From positions 36,689-100,688 of the forward strand of contig NMRA01000915.1 in NCBI GenBank assembly GCA_002633005.1: 64,000 nt of DNA, given 5' to 3'. The stretch comes from Phoronis australis. Lineage: Eukaryota > Animalia > Phoronida. The translations under genes were made by a program, and so were the position numbers. The notes beneath the pieces were generated by a model. It saw nothing but the letters and a program-made list of their open reading frames with translations, was not told the DNA's origin and ran no database searches. Shown here piece by piece: positions 35,690 to 50,600 of this stretch (position 1 is the stretch's first letter; every line of letters begins with the position of its first letter).

Positions 35690-38600
35690 CTAAAATTGTA
35701 ATAAAAGTGTAAAAAAACATGATGAAGAACAAGTGGGAGTTGAGGGTGAAAAACGCTTTTTAATCACAGGCTAACGCAACACTTTATGAAGCCGAGGTTA
35801 CACAACTACAGTTGCATGGGTCTGTGGGACCGAAAGTGAGGCCACAACTTCTAGAAAATGAAGCAACTGCCTCTTAGAAATGTGTTGCTTAAAAACCTTA
35901 CAACAGCTTTCAAAATGATAAACTTGTGAAAAGCTTAAACTGAGCCTCGTTTGGAACGTATCGAGTTAGTGTTTTAGAAAAGTAAATCATTCAGTTTTAC
36001 AACGGGATAGTGATCTCAATTGGAACCTGACAGGACAAGAACATTTTTACAAATGGAATCACAGCGAGACCTGAAATGTGTTGCATCAGTCATAAGAAAC
36101 ACGTATATGCTGAACATAAAGAAAACTCATTACCAGACGGCAAGAGTTCTGCCTTGATAACACTAATTTCTATGTTCTTTCGGCTGATGCTAATCAGCTT
36201 GTCGATAGTGAAGAGCACAGCCGGTCCAACGAAATAGATGTAGAACCCCGGAGGTTGTAGCAGTCGTCCGGAGCCATGCAAGAGCAGTAGAATGTACCAC
36301 GGAATGATTAGTTTGTGCGTGATCCAAAAGGCGGCGAAGATGTATTGGCGGGAAGTTTGTGTGGCAAAGATGTAGATGGTAATCATAACTAACGTTGCCA
36401 GAAGACCGGTGATTCCTGGAAAAATAATAACCTTTTCTTTCAAGAAAGCTGACATGGTTCTTTTTGGGTACGCAAGATAGTGATAAATGAGCCTTATACT
36501 GGTCAACACATTTCGAAATGATCAAACTGATTCAACAACTTCAAGTATTTTTAATGTATAATTATCCAAATTGATAATCGGAAACACGTGGCCTTGAATT
36601 TTACGACGCAGAAATACACTAAAGGCATTTACTTATTTTAAATGACCCGACTTACCAGTTATCGTCTCATACAGCCAGAACGCAAAGTTAGGCAGGAAGT
36701 TCGATTTGAAGTACATTTCGTTGAACATACAGAGGTGAGAGATGGGTTGAGTGGACAGGTGATAGAAGTTGAATAAGTGTCCGACAACGTGAATCACTGG
36801 AAGAATCAAATGAGCTATTCAGGCCCGATTCAAATGAAGTTAGCGATCTTATGAGAGAGAGCGAGAGAAGGGGAACTTTGATTACTCCAAAAGTATAAGG
36901 ATTTAAACCAACCTGAGATTACATGAAAATCAACAATTGAAAAGTGAAAAATAATCTTAACACAAAAAGCTTTTTTGGTTCTGGTATCTATCCTTTGCTT
37001 ATTTTGAGACCTGCGTTTACCGACCATGGAACACCCGCCCGCATCAATTTCGGCCAAGCGAATGTTTCGTGTGTGTTTTAAAAAGCTGCACAAAGGCACA
37101 TAAACAAGGTTTGTAGCGCCATGATTTTCCAAGCGATAAGTGGAAGTAAACGATCCTGTATCATTTTCGCTTGTCTCCGTTGGAGCAACTGAAAAACATA
37201 CTGCAGCACCGACTCGACTTTCCGAATAAGCAGAGACCAAAACCAACTATGCTTTGTTGACAGTTCGATAAGTTATTGCACCCGACAGGCAAAACCTGAA
37301 ATATCAAGCTTGCATAATACAGACACGTCACGCAATGCAGCTGTCAAAAGTTAAGTCGCCTTTAATATGACTTTCTGCAACAATACGTGATTCCATATTT
37401 TTCTGAATAGTTTTTACACGTGCATGTTTAGGCTGTTATGGGAAATGTATTAACTCAACAAGAAAACTTTTGATCTGGCATTTTGTCGAAATAATTAAGG
37501 AGGGCTATTGAGCTTAGGAAGAAATGTGGGCGTGCACAGTTGCACTTTTGAGTGTATGAGTGATGTGTCTAACGGAAAAAGTGTTAGATGCGTTATGTCA
37601 CTCTGTCTGCCAGGAGTGCATTTCAGCTTTCTGAATATGCGTGCGTGCGTGTGACGCTAATAACATTCACCCATATGAAATCTGTGTAGTTTGATGTTCC
37701 TTTACCACATTTTAATTTAAATCCACATTTTTGACACTTTTGACAACCCTCTTGCATTAACAGTGACCGTACAATAACCTTCAGGTTATCACACGGGCGT
37801 GCGACACGGTTATTGCACGGGTGTATCAACGATGCACGCGGTATAAACGAGGAACACTTGGACAATAGATGTTAACTGTTGAAAATGCCACTTGGCTATA
37901 ATTGAGTCAGTGATACATATAGAAAAGTAACGTTTCTATGTGAGCATAATGTGACCAAAGGTAAATAAAGGATTTCGGTAATGGTTTGATATTTGAGAAC
38001 CAGTTTTCTCCACTGAATAACGGGCATCAAAGTGGTTCTCAAAATACGGGCACGTTATATCAGACTATTGCTAGGATTTCGATGAAATACGAAGGGAATT
38101 TTGAACGTCGAAAGAAATAAATGGGAATCGACTCCTACACTACCTGTAAAAAATAAGCCAGTCCAAGCGACGTTTTTGTGAAAAGCCACGCTGGAGTCGA
38201 ACGGCACGTAGAGGTTGAGAAAAGTTTCTCTCAGCCACGTGATCATGTTGCGGCACATCGTCAGCAGGATCAATCCATAACAGAAACCAAGAGCATTAGC
38301 GCCACCTCTTGAGAAAGAAACACCGTATCCTGTCAGACGTCTAACACCAGTATGCTCTGTTTCAACGGCGTAATCTATGGAACAATGAATACGGTTATTG
38401 AAATACCTGTCATTTGCTTTTGACCAGAACGAAAGACCAGTAATATATGAACGTCAGAAATTGCGATAACTGTTCATCTTTTTCTTGTTTATTATTGTCA
38501 TCTTAATTTCATAGTGAAATGTTCACACGACATACAACTTATGCTGATAAAATGCGTACATGTAGTTGTCAACTTTTAGAAACTACTTTGGGACGGTGAG

Positions 38601-41600
38601 CTTATAGATTTATGAATTCTTTATTTGTTATATTTGCAACAACATCTTCATTGGATATTACGCAATGTTACGGTCGGCGATTACTCAGTTGAGGACGACT
38701 TGAGAATTAACGACCAAAACGGAGCGCAACACCCCAAATAGCAAGTAAGCAAACAATGAATCGCTTAATTCTATGTATTTGTGGTTAATGACGGTAGCTT
38801 TTAGATTTTACTTACGGTAAAACTTGTCAGCGAACAGTCCAATGCAAATGCCGTAAAACAGAACCAAATAGAAAATGTGTTGCTTATGGTTCTCTATAAA
38901 ATGAAGAAACCAGTTGAGTTTGGCGCGAACGGGGTTGTACTTCTCGCGAATTCCGCTTACCCTCACGGTACTGAAATAAAGTTACAAAAATATCAACCAA
39001 AATCAAGGTAAGCCTATGAGTCTTTGTACGTTGTGTTGTTTGGTTTCTAATAAGTTTAGATCAGTGTTAAAAGGCAGTAAACCTCAAAGAAACTATGAGT
39101 ACTAGCTTTTTTCACAATCAGTAAGAACATTTACCCTTGACAGTTTCGGCTCCTATCAGCAGCCATCTTCCGAAGTTGTCAGACGCTAGGTGGCGTGGTG
39201 ATCAGGCCTATTCCCTCCATAGTCCTTGTTCATGGCTGATCCGGAACAGCCTGATCACCACGCCACCTAGTGTCTAATAACTTCGGAAGTTGGCTACTGA
39301 TGAGAGCCGAAACTATCAAGGGTAAATATATTCTTACTGGTTGTGAAAAAGAAACTCCTACTCATCTACTCTACCAACCTTATAAAAATGTTTAGTGATA
39401 CTCGAAGAAACTACATTTCTATTTGGACATACTTTGGCTATGAAATTGGTCTCAACTTGTTCTTTACTCAGATGAGAAGTGATTTAAATTGACAGTTCGT
39501 CATTTTTCGAAGCCTCGCGAATCAACTTTCATTTAGGGACAGCAGTAATGACCTATCACTTCTATCTAAGCCTAGAGAAAGCACCTATTTTAAATCAGAA
39601 ATAACTTGAAGACAATTTCATAACGGTAAGTGGTCTATATACACATGCAAAATTGTTAGTATTTGTGACGAACAGTAGGTCTGTAGCCACTATATATAAA
39701 ATTTGTTAAAGTTAGTTTGTACAATCCAACGGTATGTTGCTGTCTAACTGCTATGTGTTGTTTCAATAAGTAAATAAAGTAACATTTTTTCCACGAAGGT
39801 TCGACATCCATCACAAGACGCAATGTTATCGTACCTTTGAACAGCTATGTCGTCGTTTGGTTTGTTCGCAGGCTCCCTCGGTCCTCTTTTGGTTACACTT
39901 GAAGTCGACGATGACGAAGACGAGCCGATTCTTCTGTCACGTTTAGTGGGTGGACGTGTTTTGACTTCCTTTTTCAACCCTTTCCAGTCCAGTCTCATCG
40001 ACTGCATATGGCCTGACATCAATTTCTGAAAGCCTTCAAAATTTATGGCACGCGACGGGTCTACACCGGCCGCCTCGTACCAAGAGTCGATGATTTTGTT
40101 CGTCTCCTCTACGCCCATGTTAGTATTCGCCATTTCTGTCAACGACCTTTTTAAAACATAATGATGCCATTAACCACTTCTTTATTCATCAAATGTTTCA
40201 GATTTATTTACTTGTGAAAGTGCTAAACACAAACTAATTTTCAATACCGGAGTCTGTAACAGATTTTGAAGGACGCTATGCCTCATATACCCAAAGAGAT
40301 TTTTGAACTGCCATTTGTTAGGTTTGTGTTTACGAGTGGAGACGTACCTTTGTTACTTATGCGGCTGATGCCACAATAACAAATAAATCAAAGCATTCCA
40401 AACAGTTTCACTTTCTGTAACTCACTCAAGACAAGATGTCAAGTAAAGAGACAAAATTATTCACCACATTTTTTGATTCATTCCTTGACCATTTGTTTAC
40501 TAAAACAATTTATGCAATTTATCTCAGTAACTAGGAGTTACGGGTATATTCTCAAAGACCTTGTGATTTTACTTAAGTGACATTTAATAATTTTCAGAAA
40601 AAATAGTTACGTGAAGCGTAAGACCAAAGTTCTGTCTTAGTATTACATCACTTTCGTGGAAGAGATCTCAGACCAAGTTATGCGCACTTTTCTTACATAG
40701 GTAACTACCTCTTAATGGATCATTCTTTCACAGGACGACTACAGCAGAGATACCAAAGTGAAAGAAGGTATTTTGAGGTAAGACCTCATCCTAGATATCT
40801 CCTTACCAGTACTACCTTTCGTGGAATTGTTTTATTTTTACCACTATCCGTATGAATTGGTACTATGTCGACTTGCAAGGCAGTAAACATAGTAAAATAC
40901 TCCTTCCATAAATATTCCGCAGTAATACAGTGGAAAACCTACTTTAACAAACCCTTTAGTTCTCCTTTTCCAAGACTACCATCATTGTCACGATCGTACA
41001 TTTTGAAGAGAAGTTGAAGTCTGCTCTCCTCTGAACCTAAAATGCGAAAGGCTGATTTATTTAACAATTCATAATTATATACCTCAATGGTGCTGTGCAA
41101 TAGTTTGAACCGTTCTGACGTACGTCCATTCCCGAAACTCGTTTCTGCGTCGAGAGTTCTAATGTGTCCACAAAATTAGAAGTTGTGATGTCAATTCCTC
41201 TCTAGCACAAATCTAGAACAGTCACATAACCTTTGTAAATTTCACATGAAAAGTAAACATTGTAGATCACAAAGTGTACCTTTGGAAAACAGCGCCACGG
41301 CGTATAATAACTCTCGGAATGAGATATACCCGTTCTTGTCCTTATCCAGTAGGTCAAACATCAACTCCACGAAAGAGGAGTCTGGTTTAAGCGACAAAGA
41401 CTCGGCGAATTCAGCCTGCAGACAAATGTAAAACAGATGCGACTTCGTCATTGCCATTAAAAAAAAGACAACGTGTGTTCCAAAAGTTGAAGGTCATTGA
41501 TATATTAAATGATAAAGACATACTCAATAGATGAGAAGCTATAAATGATATATGGAAAGATGACATAAAAAGTGTACAGCAGTTATTTCATGCAATCGAA

Positions 41601-44600
41601 AACAAGTGAAATGACTTTTCTTACTTTTGAAAGCTCACAATCCATGATCTCTCGTGCCTTTTCACGTCCCTCGCTAAGAGTAAATATGCCGTCGACCTCC
41701 TCGTCATACGTCTCGATCTGAAAGAAAACCGGACTAAGACTGATAAGTCGTTCTTTGGTATCGGAATGTCATCGGATTGATTGATAAGACTAAGGCATAT
41801 AGCTAATGTGTATATTACAAAAATCTCAATTATTCATTCAAGAATTGATTCTTTTGCTTACACCAAAAATCAACTGATTCAAAAATAGTTCTTGTTCTAC
41901 TGATCAGGAAATTCTGTAAACATCTCTAGCTGTATCGTAATCCAAGTATGCGCCAGATATCAAACAGAATTCTGATCCCGAGAAGTTTAGCTAAAAGCAG
42001 TGTCATTCTTCTGACACGGACAATAAATTCTGGACTAATAATCTTTCTCGTCGCATTCGATTGCAACTTGACATATTTGTGACTCGCCTCTGCGGTGCGA
42101 CGAGGGCCAGTTGATTGCGTCATTTTACTTAACTTCGAGAACATGTCGACTGAAAAGGTGATACACGTATTTAGAGACTCATTTGTATTATGTGTGCATT
42201 TGACTGGGTTCTTCCTTGCCATTCCCAGAAAACAAAGCACTCCAATAGAAACCAAGTACCAACCTCGGCAAAGACACTCTTAAAAAACTTCTCCAAAAGC
42301 ATCTGCCTTTTAATCTTCGTGTTGGCTTGTTTGTGCAAGGACTTGCGACTTCCCATGTGGCACGTGACCTGTTTTCCGCTCTTTTCCAAGAACTCCTTTA
42401 GAATCGTAAGAAATTCCTGGCGCAATTCGTAGCTACTGAATTCAATCACCTGAAACAGTTACAGTTTTGAAGTAGAATTTAAGTGCACAATGTATAGTAC
42501 AAGAATTTACAGACGTATATTTCACGTGCCGGTCAATTGGAGCATCCCATTTTACAATAAAGTTAGCTTGAAATCGTGATCAGATTTAAAAAGCACTTTG
42601 CGATGTCCCACGACTTATAGGGACGGAAAGTGATTACTGCTCCAAACTGGAGACAACCTGTGGCCTAGTCCTTGCACTATCATACTCAGACCGGCAAAAT
42701 ACAAGAAAACTAACTTTTAAAATTTGAAGTTAGTGCCATAGCATTGTGAGTCGCATATTAGCATATTAACCACGTGTGCTCTAAAACTAGAGTTCAACTG
42801 GTAATTTTCTAGTTGAACTTTGACCTCATATAACTTCCACAAAAGTGGCAAGGTTTAGAATCAAGATGGCGGAATCTCTTAGACTAAGGTGACGTCACAA
42901 CTTCCGGCACTATCACATGCCCGCTTGAAGTAATCCAGTGGATCGCCGGACCCTCGAATAGGCGCCACTTATGGTGGTGGGATCGCCACCACCGTCGTTA
43001 AAATATTTACATTACCTTCAAATTATTATCGTCAGGGGTGTTTATTCTTAGAGAAACGTTAAAGTTTAAAATTCCAGCCATTGGGCTGAAGAAGAATCTT
43101 ACCAAGTCGTATTCCTTTGGTACATAGAGTAGTAACGTAGTTCTCTTGGCGTCGCCGTTAATACCTATGAGAACGGTGTCTGTATTTCGAAAGCTCAGCT
43201 CTCGGTAGAGCTTTCCGGAGGGGCTGTTAACCAAAAGGACCAAATTGTCTTCGCTCTCCAAGCGAATTTCTACTGTTCGTGTGTTTTCGCCAATTCCAAG
43301 CCATTCAGTAGCTGTAAGTGTATCCATCGTTATTAATATCATCCAAATTTTCGTTATTTTCCTTTTCTTACGCGATAGTAAGCAAAGCAAGTTAAAAGCG
43401 GATCAAAATTCAAATCTGGCTTTCAAAAACAGAAATATAAAAACACTACAGTCAATTAAGCGTGTTGTACATAGTCATGTAGGACCCTAGAAAAATGTCC
43501 AAAATTTGTAAAATTTGGAACACCGCATCTCAAAGTGACTGATCGAATTTATACGAAACTTTCGCATGACAGGATTTATGCACTGTTCTCTGTTATGAAT
43601 TGGTTTTAAAATGATGTACTTTTGCAGGAGGGTTATCAAGAATAGAACTTTTAAGATTTTTATGAAAAAAAAATCAAAAAAATGCATGAAACAAAATGAC
43701 AACTTAGAAAGCTGTAAAAACATCTTCGAGATTTCATCATGAACATTTATATCAATTGAAATTTAGTAATTGATAGACTTGTTTTTCTATGGGTGGACGT
43801 TTTTTTGCTACATTTTACTAAAATACAAGGTCACGTGACCCAATTAATGCCAGATTGTATAAAATTAAACAACAAATTTTTCATGCTTTCTACTTTCAGA
43901 AAATTTATACTTTTTCTGGGTTAAAAATCTTTTGTTCTGCAGATATTTGGCTAAATACAAGGACTAGTCGATAAGGTCCTGCATAACCTTAAAGATACAA
44001 TAGCCGCTGATACACAACGGATAGTGAAGATTCGACCGTGGTGACTTTTGTGTTGTTTCAAGCCTCCACCAGAGTCGCTGCGATCTTAAACTTTCTTAAC
44101 TTGTAAGACCCGAAAGGGCTCAATCGCCACCTGATATAGTTTCTCTTAGCCGCTAAAGCTCGGGTTTGGACATTCTATAGGAATGTTTAGCATGACGTCA
44201 TTATGACGTTTTGGACACAGTTTGACGGCATGTCTATTCTTATTTCTGGGTCCAAATTGCGTCATCTACTGCCATGACTCGTCATCATAAACATCCGTAT
44301 AGTAGAAGCGGGCGTTTGGGGAAAGATTATAAACTATTGCTACGTGGCAGTGCAAAGTTTAGACCTCTTTGTTATATCGAATAACATGTACAGCAACTAT
44401 CACACAATGGATCTACTCCTCGATGTTCCCCTGGTAGAACGCCAACGACATATCCCTACCAAAATGAGATGATATCTTTAGTCGCTTGTCTGTAGTCTCC
44501 AGGCAAACACTTTTGCGCCTTTGGGTTCGCACCACGAAATCCATAACGGGGCCTAGTCAAGATGAAGCGTGACGGTCGTGATTAAATACAAAGCAATCGT

Positions 44601-47600
44601 ATTTCTATGCTATACAGTACACTATCAGTGCAAAGCGAGGCTGAGCGCGCAATCTCTTGGCTCACAACTTGGGTAACTATCGTGTTGGTACACGTATGTA
44701 GTGTTAGATGATCTATGGAGCAAGAAAAGTAAAGCACTTGTTCGCGATTGTAGAGTAGTTGTTGATTTTTGGGCCTTCGAGAGCGCGCGCAATCTCGCTT
44801 TAACCGACTTTAATATCGGCTAAAGCGCCGTTACAAAATGACTGAACGTATATACACGATTTTAAATTACTCTAATACTATTCACAAAATAAAATTCTTA
44901 ACTCGATCTCCGTTAAAAAAGTGCAACGTACAGATGATATGTTTCGCTAGAATTACAGAGTTTGAAGATACTGAGCAACTGAAACGCGTACTGGTGTTTA
45001 GTTGCAATGGTTTAACAAGCCTCCTCCACCGTAAAATGTCGTAATCCTAGGTCTGGGTTCTAATCTCTGAACTCGAAAGCGAACTCGAAATAATTTTCAA
45101 CATTTTCCGTTCTACCTTAACACGAACTTAAAGATGCATTGTCTCATTAAATTGTGAATATGAAAATGAAGTACTAGTTTACAAACAACTTCGGGTCCTC
45201 CAGTGAGCCGGAAACCATCCGAGAACCAGTTACGATTACAATCTCGCAAAATAATATTTCATCATGGAAGGCGGACACCGGATGCCGGCCACCGACAACT
45301 GAGGTCTGACTACTTGGCCGACACCCCTCACGGTGACCACAATGAACGCATTCGTTCTGTAATTTCATTTTGCCGTCACCTTGGACAATATTCATCATCA
45401 TGCAATTTTGCGTCTCTGGTAGTGCAAATTCTAGGTTTTTGCACACACTTCTCGTCCACATTCATTAGGACGACACGGGAATCCTAGGGAAACCCCCACA
45501 ACATTGTCGCTACCCTAATGAAACAAGGGACAGTTTTTATTATTATTTGTTTATTTCAGTATTAAACAACGATTGCGTAATATTCGGAATTACTAGGGTT
45601 TTTACATGTTCACAGTTGTTTTTAAGTGTATCGATTGTGGTGTTTTCTTTGAAACCGCAATTTATTTACAAGTTATTTCTTTTCCTGGTTATACTTGTAT
45701 ACTCAGTTCTCCAGGAAGTCGCTAGGTTAGGCTTGCTACAAATTTAAATGTTCACGGTTTTAATGAGACATAGCATCTTCAAAATATGTGTCTAATATTG
45801 AATACAATATGGTTTGCGCAAATGAGTGTCTCGTCCGAGTTCAAACTTCATTACTAAACTGAATTACAAACTTGAATAAAAACTCCGAATTTCGAGTAAT
45901 AATGACTCGACCTTTCAAATTCTGACTCAAACTTACAATTAATTTAATCCTCGGGTCATCAGATGCAAATTAGGATGAGAAAGTCATCCACGTAATGTAT
46001 GATTGTACTGTAACACAGATTAATAGACACTGATCTTGAGTTCGCACAAAAATAGAGCACAAGGGGATACGTCAAAAATCTCGAGTACAAAGACTAGAAA
46101 CCGGGCCCTGGTATACTTTTGCGGAACTAAGCGTACGCATAAACTGATGCATTCCCTTAACCAATATTCTGTCGTATTTAAAGCTGCATTACGCCCTGTT
46201 TGGCTGACTCAAATAAAAACTGAATTAGGCGTTTTAATCTTAAAAAATGGTCTCGTAATATTCGTTACCGTGATAGGATTCTTTTTCCGCTACCATCAGA
46301 GCAACCCTGAAACTGCGAATTTCAATGGCGCATGTGCGCGTTGTCCATGGCTTGAGCTCGTAACGGATATAAAATACTGTCACAGTAAGAAGCATTATGA
46401 GACTCATTTTATAAGAGTGAATGGATTAATTCTATTTTCGTTTCTAGCTAGCAGAACAGAGCGAAGTGCAACTTTACTATCTAGATAACCGCTTAAGCTT
46501 CATACCTCGTAAATAGTTATTTTACGAGTTGAAAATTTCTGATTTGGTTTCATCTGTCTGTTCCTCAGCACGTGATTTCAAGTATAAATATTTTGAATGC
46601 AATTTAGAAATTTTCCGAAAATGTAAGATATGCTTTGAAGAACACCAAAAGACGGTTTCGCAAGATTAAAAATAACAAAGGTCGCCATCATAGTTGGTAG
46701 CTTTCAAATGAAACCAAGGAAGTTTTGCAGATGATGACTGGCAATGGTGGCAAGTCAGTATTTCGATGCGATTCAATAGCGGGCTAGTAACAAAAACAAG
46801 ACCTGATGACGTCACGAACCGCCATTGTACCTGATTGTTGCTAGGAAGTTGTTGAACACGTAGGAATTGCATTCGTTAGAGCTAGGAACCAATGTTGGTT
46901 AGAGCTATACACTATTTGGCATTAAATTGCTTTCGCAGTACAGTATTTCTTTAAATTGTGCCAAGTCAATCATTGTCATCATTCGTCATTGTGAAATGTA
47001 AATAACGTATAAAAAGTCTAGGGTAAATTTTCCATCAAGACGAGAAACTGAGGTTATCTCAGATAAAATTTTGAATAGAAGCCGAGTAAATGAATAGAAC
47101 AACAGCCAATTCTAACTGAGGTGATTAGATACATCAGTACTTAGGTTTGGGTTTATCTGGTCAATGAGGGTACCATTTTGTACTTCAATAAGCAATTAGC
47201 CGTGTCTCAGTGATCAGGACATTTTCGGTTGCTTCAAAGCTGTGTTCCGTAGACGCAAGAATCTCGCAAGTAAAGCTAGGCGGTGTAGTCACGTGCTTTG
47301 CTTGCAATGCATGGCGATATCTCGCGAAGTTTTGCGTGATCTTGCATTTTCATGAAGTTCTCGCATCTNGTACTTGTGTACTCAGTTTTCCAGGAAGTCG
47401 CTAGGTTAGGCTTGCTACAAATTGAAATGTTCACGGTTTTAATGAGACATAGCGTCTTCAAAATATGTGTCTAATATTGAATACAATATGGTTTGCGCAA
47501 ATGAGTGTCTCGTCCAAGTTCAAACTTCATTACTAAACTGAATTACAAACTTGAATAAAAACTCCGAATTTCGAGTAATAATGACTCGACCTTTCAAATT

Positions 47601-50600
47601 CTGACTCAAACTTACAATTAATTTAATCCTCGGGTCATCAGATGCAAATTAGGATGAGAAGGTCATCCACGTAATGTATGATTGTACTGTAACACAGGTT
47701 AATAGACACTTGAGTTCGCACAAAAATAGAGCACAAGGAGATACGTCAAAAATCTCGAGTACAAAGACTAGAAACCGGGCCCTGGTATACTTTTGCGGAA
47801 CTAAGCGTACGCATAAACTGTTGCATTCCCTTAACCAATATTCTGTCGCATTTAAAGCTGCATTGCGCCCTGTTTGGCTGACTAAAGTGAAAACTGAATT
47901 AGGCCTTTTACTCTTAAAAAATGGTCTCGTAATATTCGTTACCGTGATAGGATTCTTTTTCCGCTACCATCAGAGCAACCCTGAAACTGCGAATTTCAAT
48001 GGCGCATGTGCGCATTGTCTGTGACTTGAGCTCGTAACGGATATAAAATAGTGTTACAGTAAGAAGCATTATGAGACTCATTTTATAAGAGTGAATGGAT
48101 TAATTCTATTTTCGTTTCTAGCTAGCAGAACAGAGCGAAGTGCAACTTTACTATCGAGATAACCGCTTAAGCTTCATACCTTGTAAATAGTTATTTTATG
48201 AGTTGAAAATTTCTGATTTGGTTTCATCTGTCTGTTACACAGCACGTGATTTCTAATATTTTGAATGCAGTTTAGAAATTTTCCGAAAATGTAAAATATG
48301 CTTTGAGGAACACCAAAAGACGGTTTTGATAGATTAAAAATAGTAAAGGTCGCCATAATAGTTGGTAGCTTTCAAATGAAACCAGGGAAGTTCTGCAGAT
48401 GATGACTGGCAATGGTGGTAAGTCAGTATTTCGATGCGATTCAATAGCGGGCTAGTAACAAAAACATGACCTGATGACGTCACGAACCGCCATTGTACCT
48501 GATTGTTGCTATGAAGTTGTTGAACACGTAGGAATTGCATTCGTTAGAGCTAGGAACCAATGTTGGTTAGAGCTATACACTATTTGGCATTACATTGCTT
48601 TCGCAGTTCAGTATTTCTTTAAATTGTGCCAAGTCAATCATTGTCATCATTCGTCATTGTGAAATGTAAATAACATATTAAAAGTCTAGGGAAAATTTTC
48701 CATCAAGACGAGAAACTGATGTTATCTCAGATAAAATTGTGAATAGAAGCCGAGTAGATGAATAGAACAACAGCCAATTCTAACTGAGGTGATTAGATAA
48801 ATCAGTACTTAGATTTGGGTTTATCTGGTCAATGAGGGTCATTTTGTACTTCAATATGCAATTAGCCGTGTCTCAGTCATCAGGACATTTTCGGTTGCTT
48901 TAAGGCTGTGTTCCGTAGACGCAAGAATCTCGCAAGTAAAGCTAGTCGGTGTAGTCACGTGCTTTGCTTGCAATGCATGGCGATCGATATCTCGCGAAGT
49001 TTTGCGTGATCTTGCATTTTCATGAAGTTCTTGCATCTAGGGAACGGTGCCTCAATTAAGCCTAAAACATGCCACCCCTTCCGATTTCACGACTATGTCA
49101 TTCATTTTCGTATTCTGTATCAGCAAATGACTGTCATTCATTACAAGAACTATTTTATTCAAACATGTTAGACTCTACACGTTCCCAAAATTGTCGGCGG
49201 TGTCATTTAACATGCATGTTATCTGTAGTGCGTTCCAAAGACGCAAAGCACCCTCGAGCAAGGCCAGTGTGATCATGTGCTTCACTTGTAATGCATGGCA
49301 ATAACTCGTGAAGACGTTCACGATCATCTTGATATTTCGCGAGTACCTTGCGTCTACGAAACGCATCTCATGTTACAGCCGACAAGGTATCGGGAAGCGA
49401 GTATTTGAATACTTATGCAGACGAGACAACATAACCTTAAATTTGCGTTGTGACAAACATGGTAGGACAACTGATGCCCCACTAGAGGACTAACATGTAC
49501 AACATACATATACGGGAGTAGAAGCAATAAGCGGGGGGGTCATTTACCATAGGGATAGCTGTCGGGATAGGGAAAGCAATACTTACTACCGGCATCTACA
49601 TAACATAAATATATAAAGCATAACGTTATGACACTTATGTAAAATCATGTTTGTAAAATAGTTGTAATCCCTACTCGAAACAGAATATTACACGATCTGT
49701 CAGTCTAATTACGCCATTTCTATATTACTATGATATACAGCCACCTCCAACCACCAAAATTATTCATAACTTCATTGCAATAGAACTATATCTAATCAAC
49801 GGTGATTATGCAGAAGTACCATCAGACAAAAATGGGCTCTCCGTACCACTATGAAACAAATTATTACAATATGTCACGACTTCATGTGACCTTTTCATGG
49901 ATAGTACTAAACTGAGTTAAAATCTAGTCACGAGCTCATTCCAAATAAGGGTATCTAATTCATTTTTGTATGCCGTCATCAATGATAACTGAAGCTATGA
50001 CTGGCTACCAACAATACATTACATTTTCTCTATTCATTTATCTATTGTCTATATCTGATCGCACACAGATCCTTCTGAAAGCATGTCACAATCAGAGCGT
50101 AAACAGTTATATTTTGGTGCCTAAATGTCATGAGGAAATTCAAAATTTTCAATGAATCTATTTGTTGCAAAATAGAAAATGGTGAAAAACTGGGAGCTTA
50201 AAATCGTATCTTGTGAAATGAACAAGTAGAATTTGAAGTCGCATATGACAAGTGAGGCTAGCCGGCTAAATTCGAAGCCGCAATTTGCTAGATTGTTTCA
50301 TCAAATCCTACACCGCAAAGAATCTTTCAGTTTTCGCTAAGTTGGTAGGCCCCGGCGGCCGTCTTCGAGATGATTTCCAAGTTTTTTTGTAATATCTAGT
50401 TTCAAATAGACTTATTACAGGTGAAGACAAACAACAGCGTATAACGAACTGAGAAGGATCGAGGCTCTACGTCAAAATGATGAAAATTGTCGCTTAAATA
50501 CTGAGCTTTACAATATTCAAGCCCCGGTAAGCTGAACCGCCAATGGAAATCCGAACTAAGGAGACACAAACCAAGGAGGAGTAACGTAAAATTTTCCGTA

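Noticed and set aside
46036-48540. Duplicated 60-150 aa ORFs inside the tandem duplication
   Set aside because: Lengths differ between copies, no recognisable domains; intronic repeat sequence
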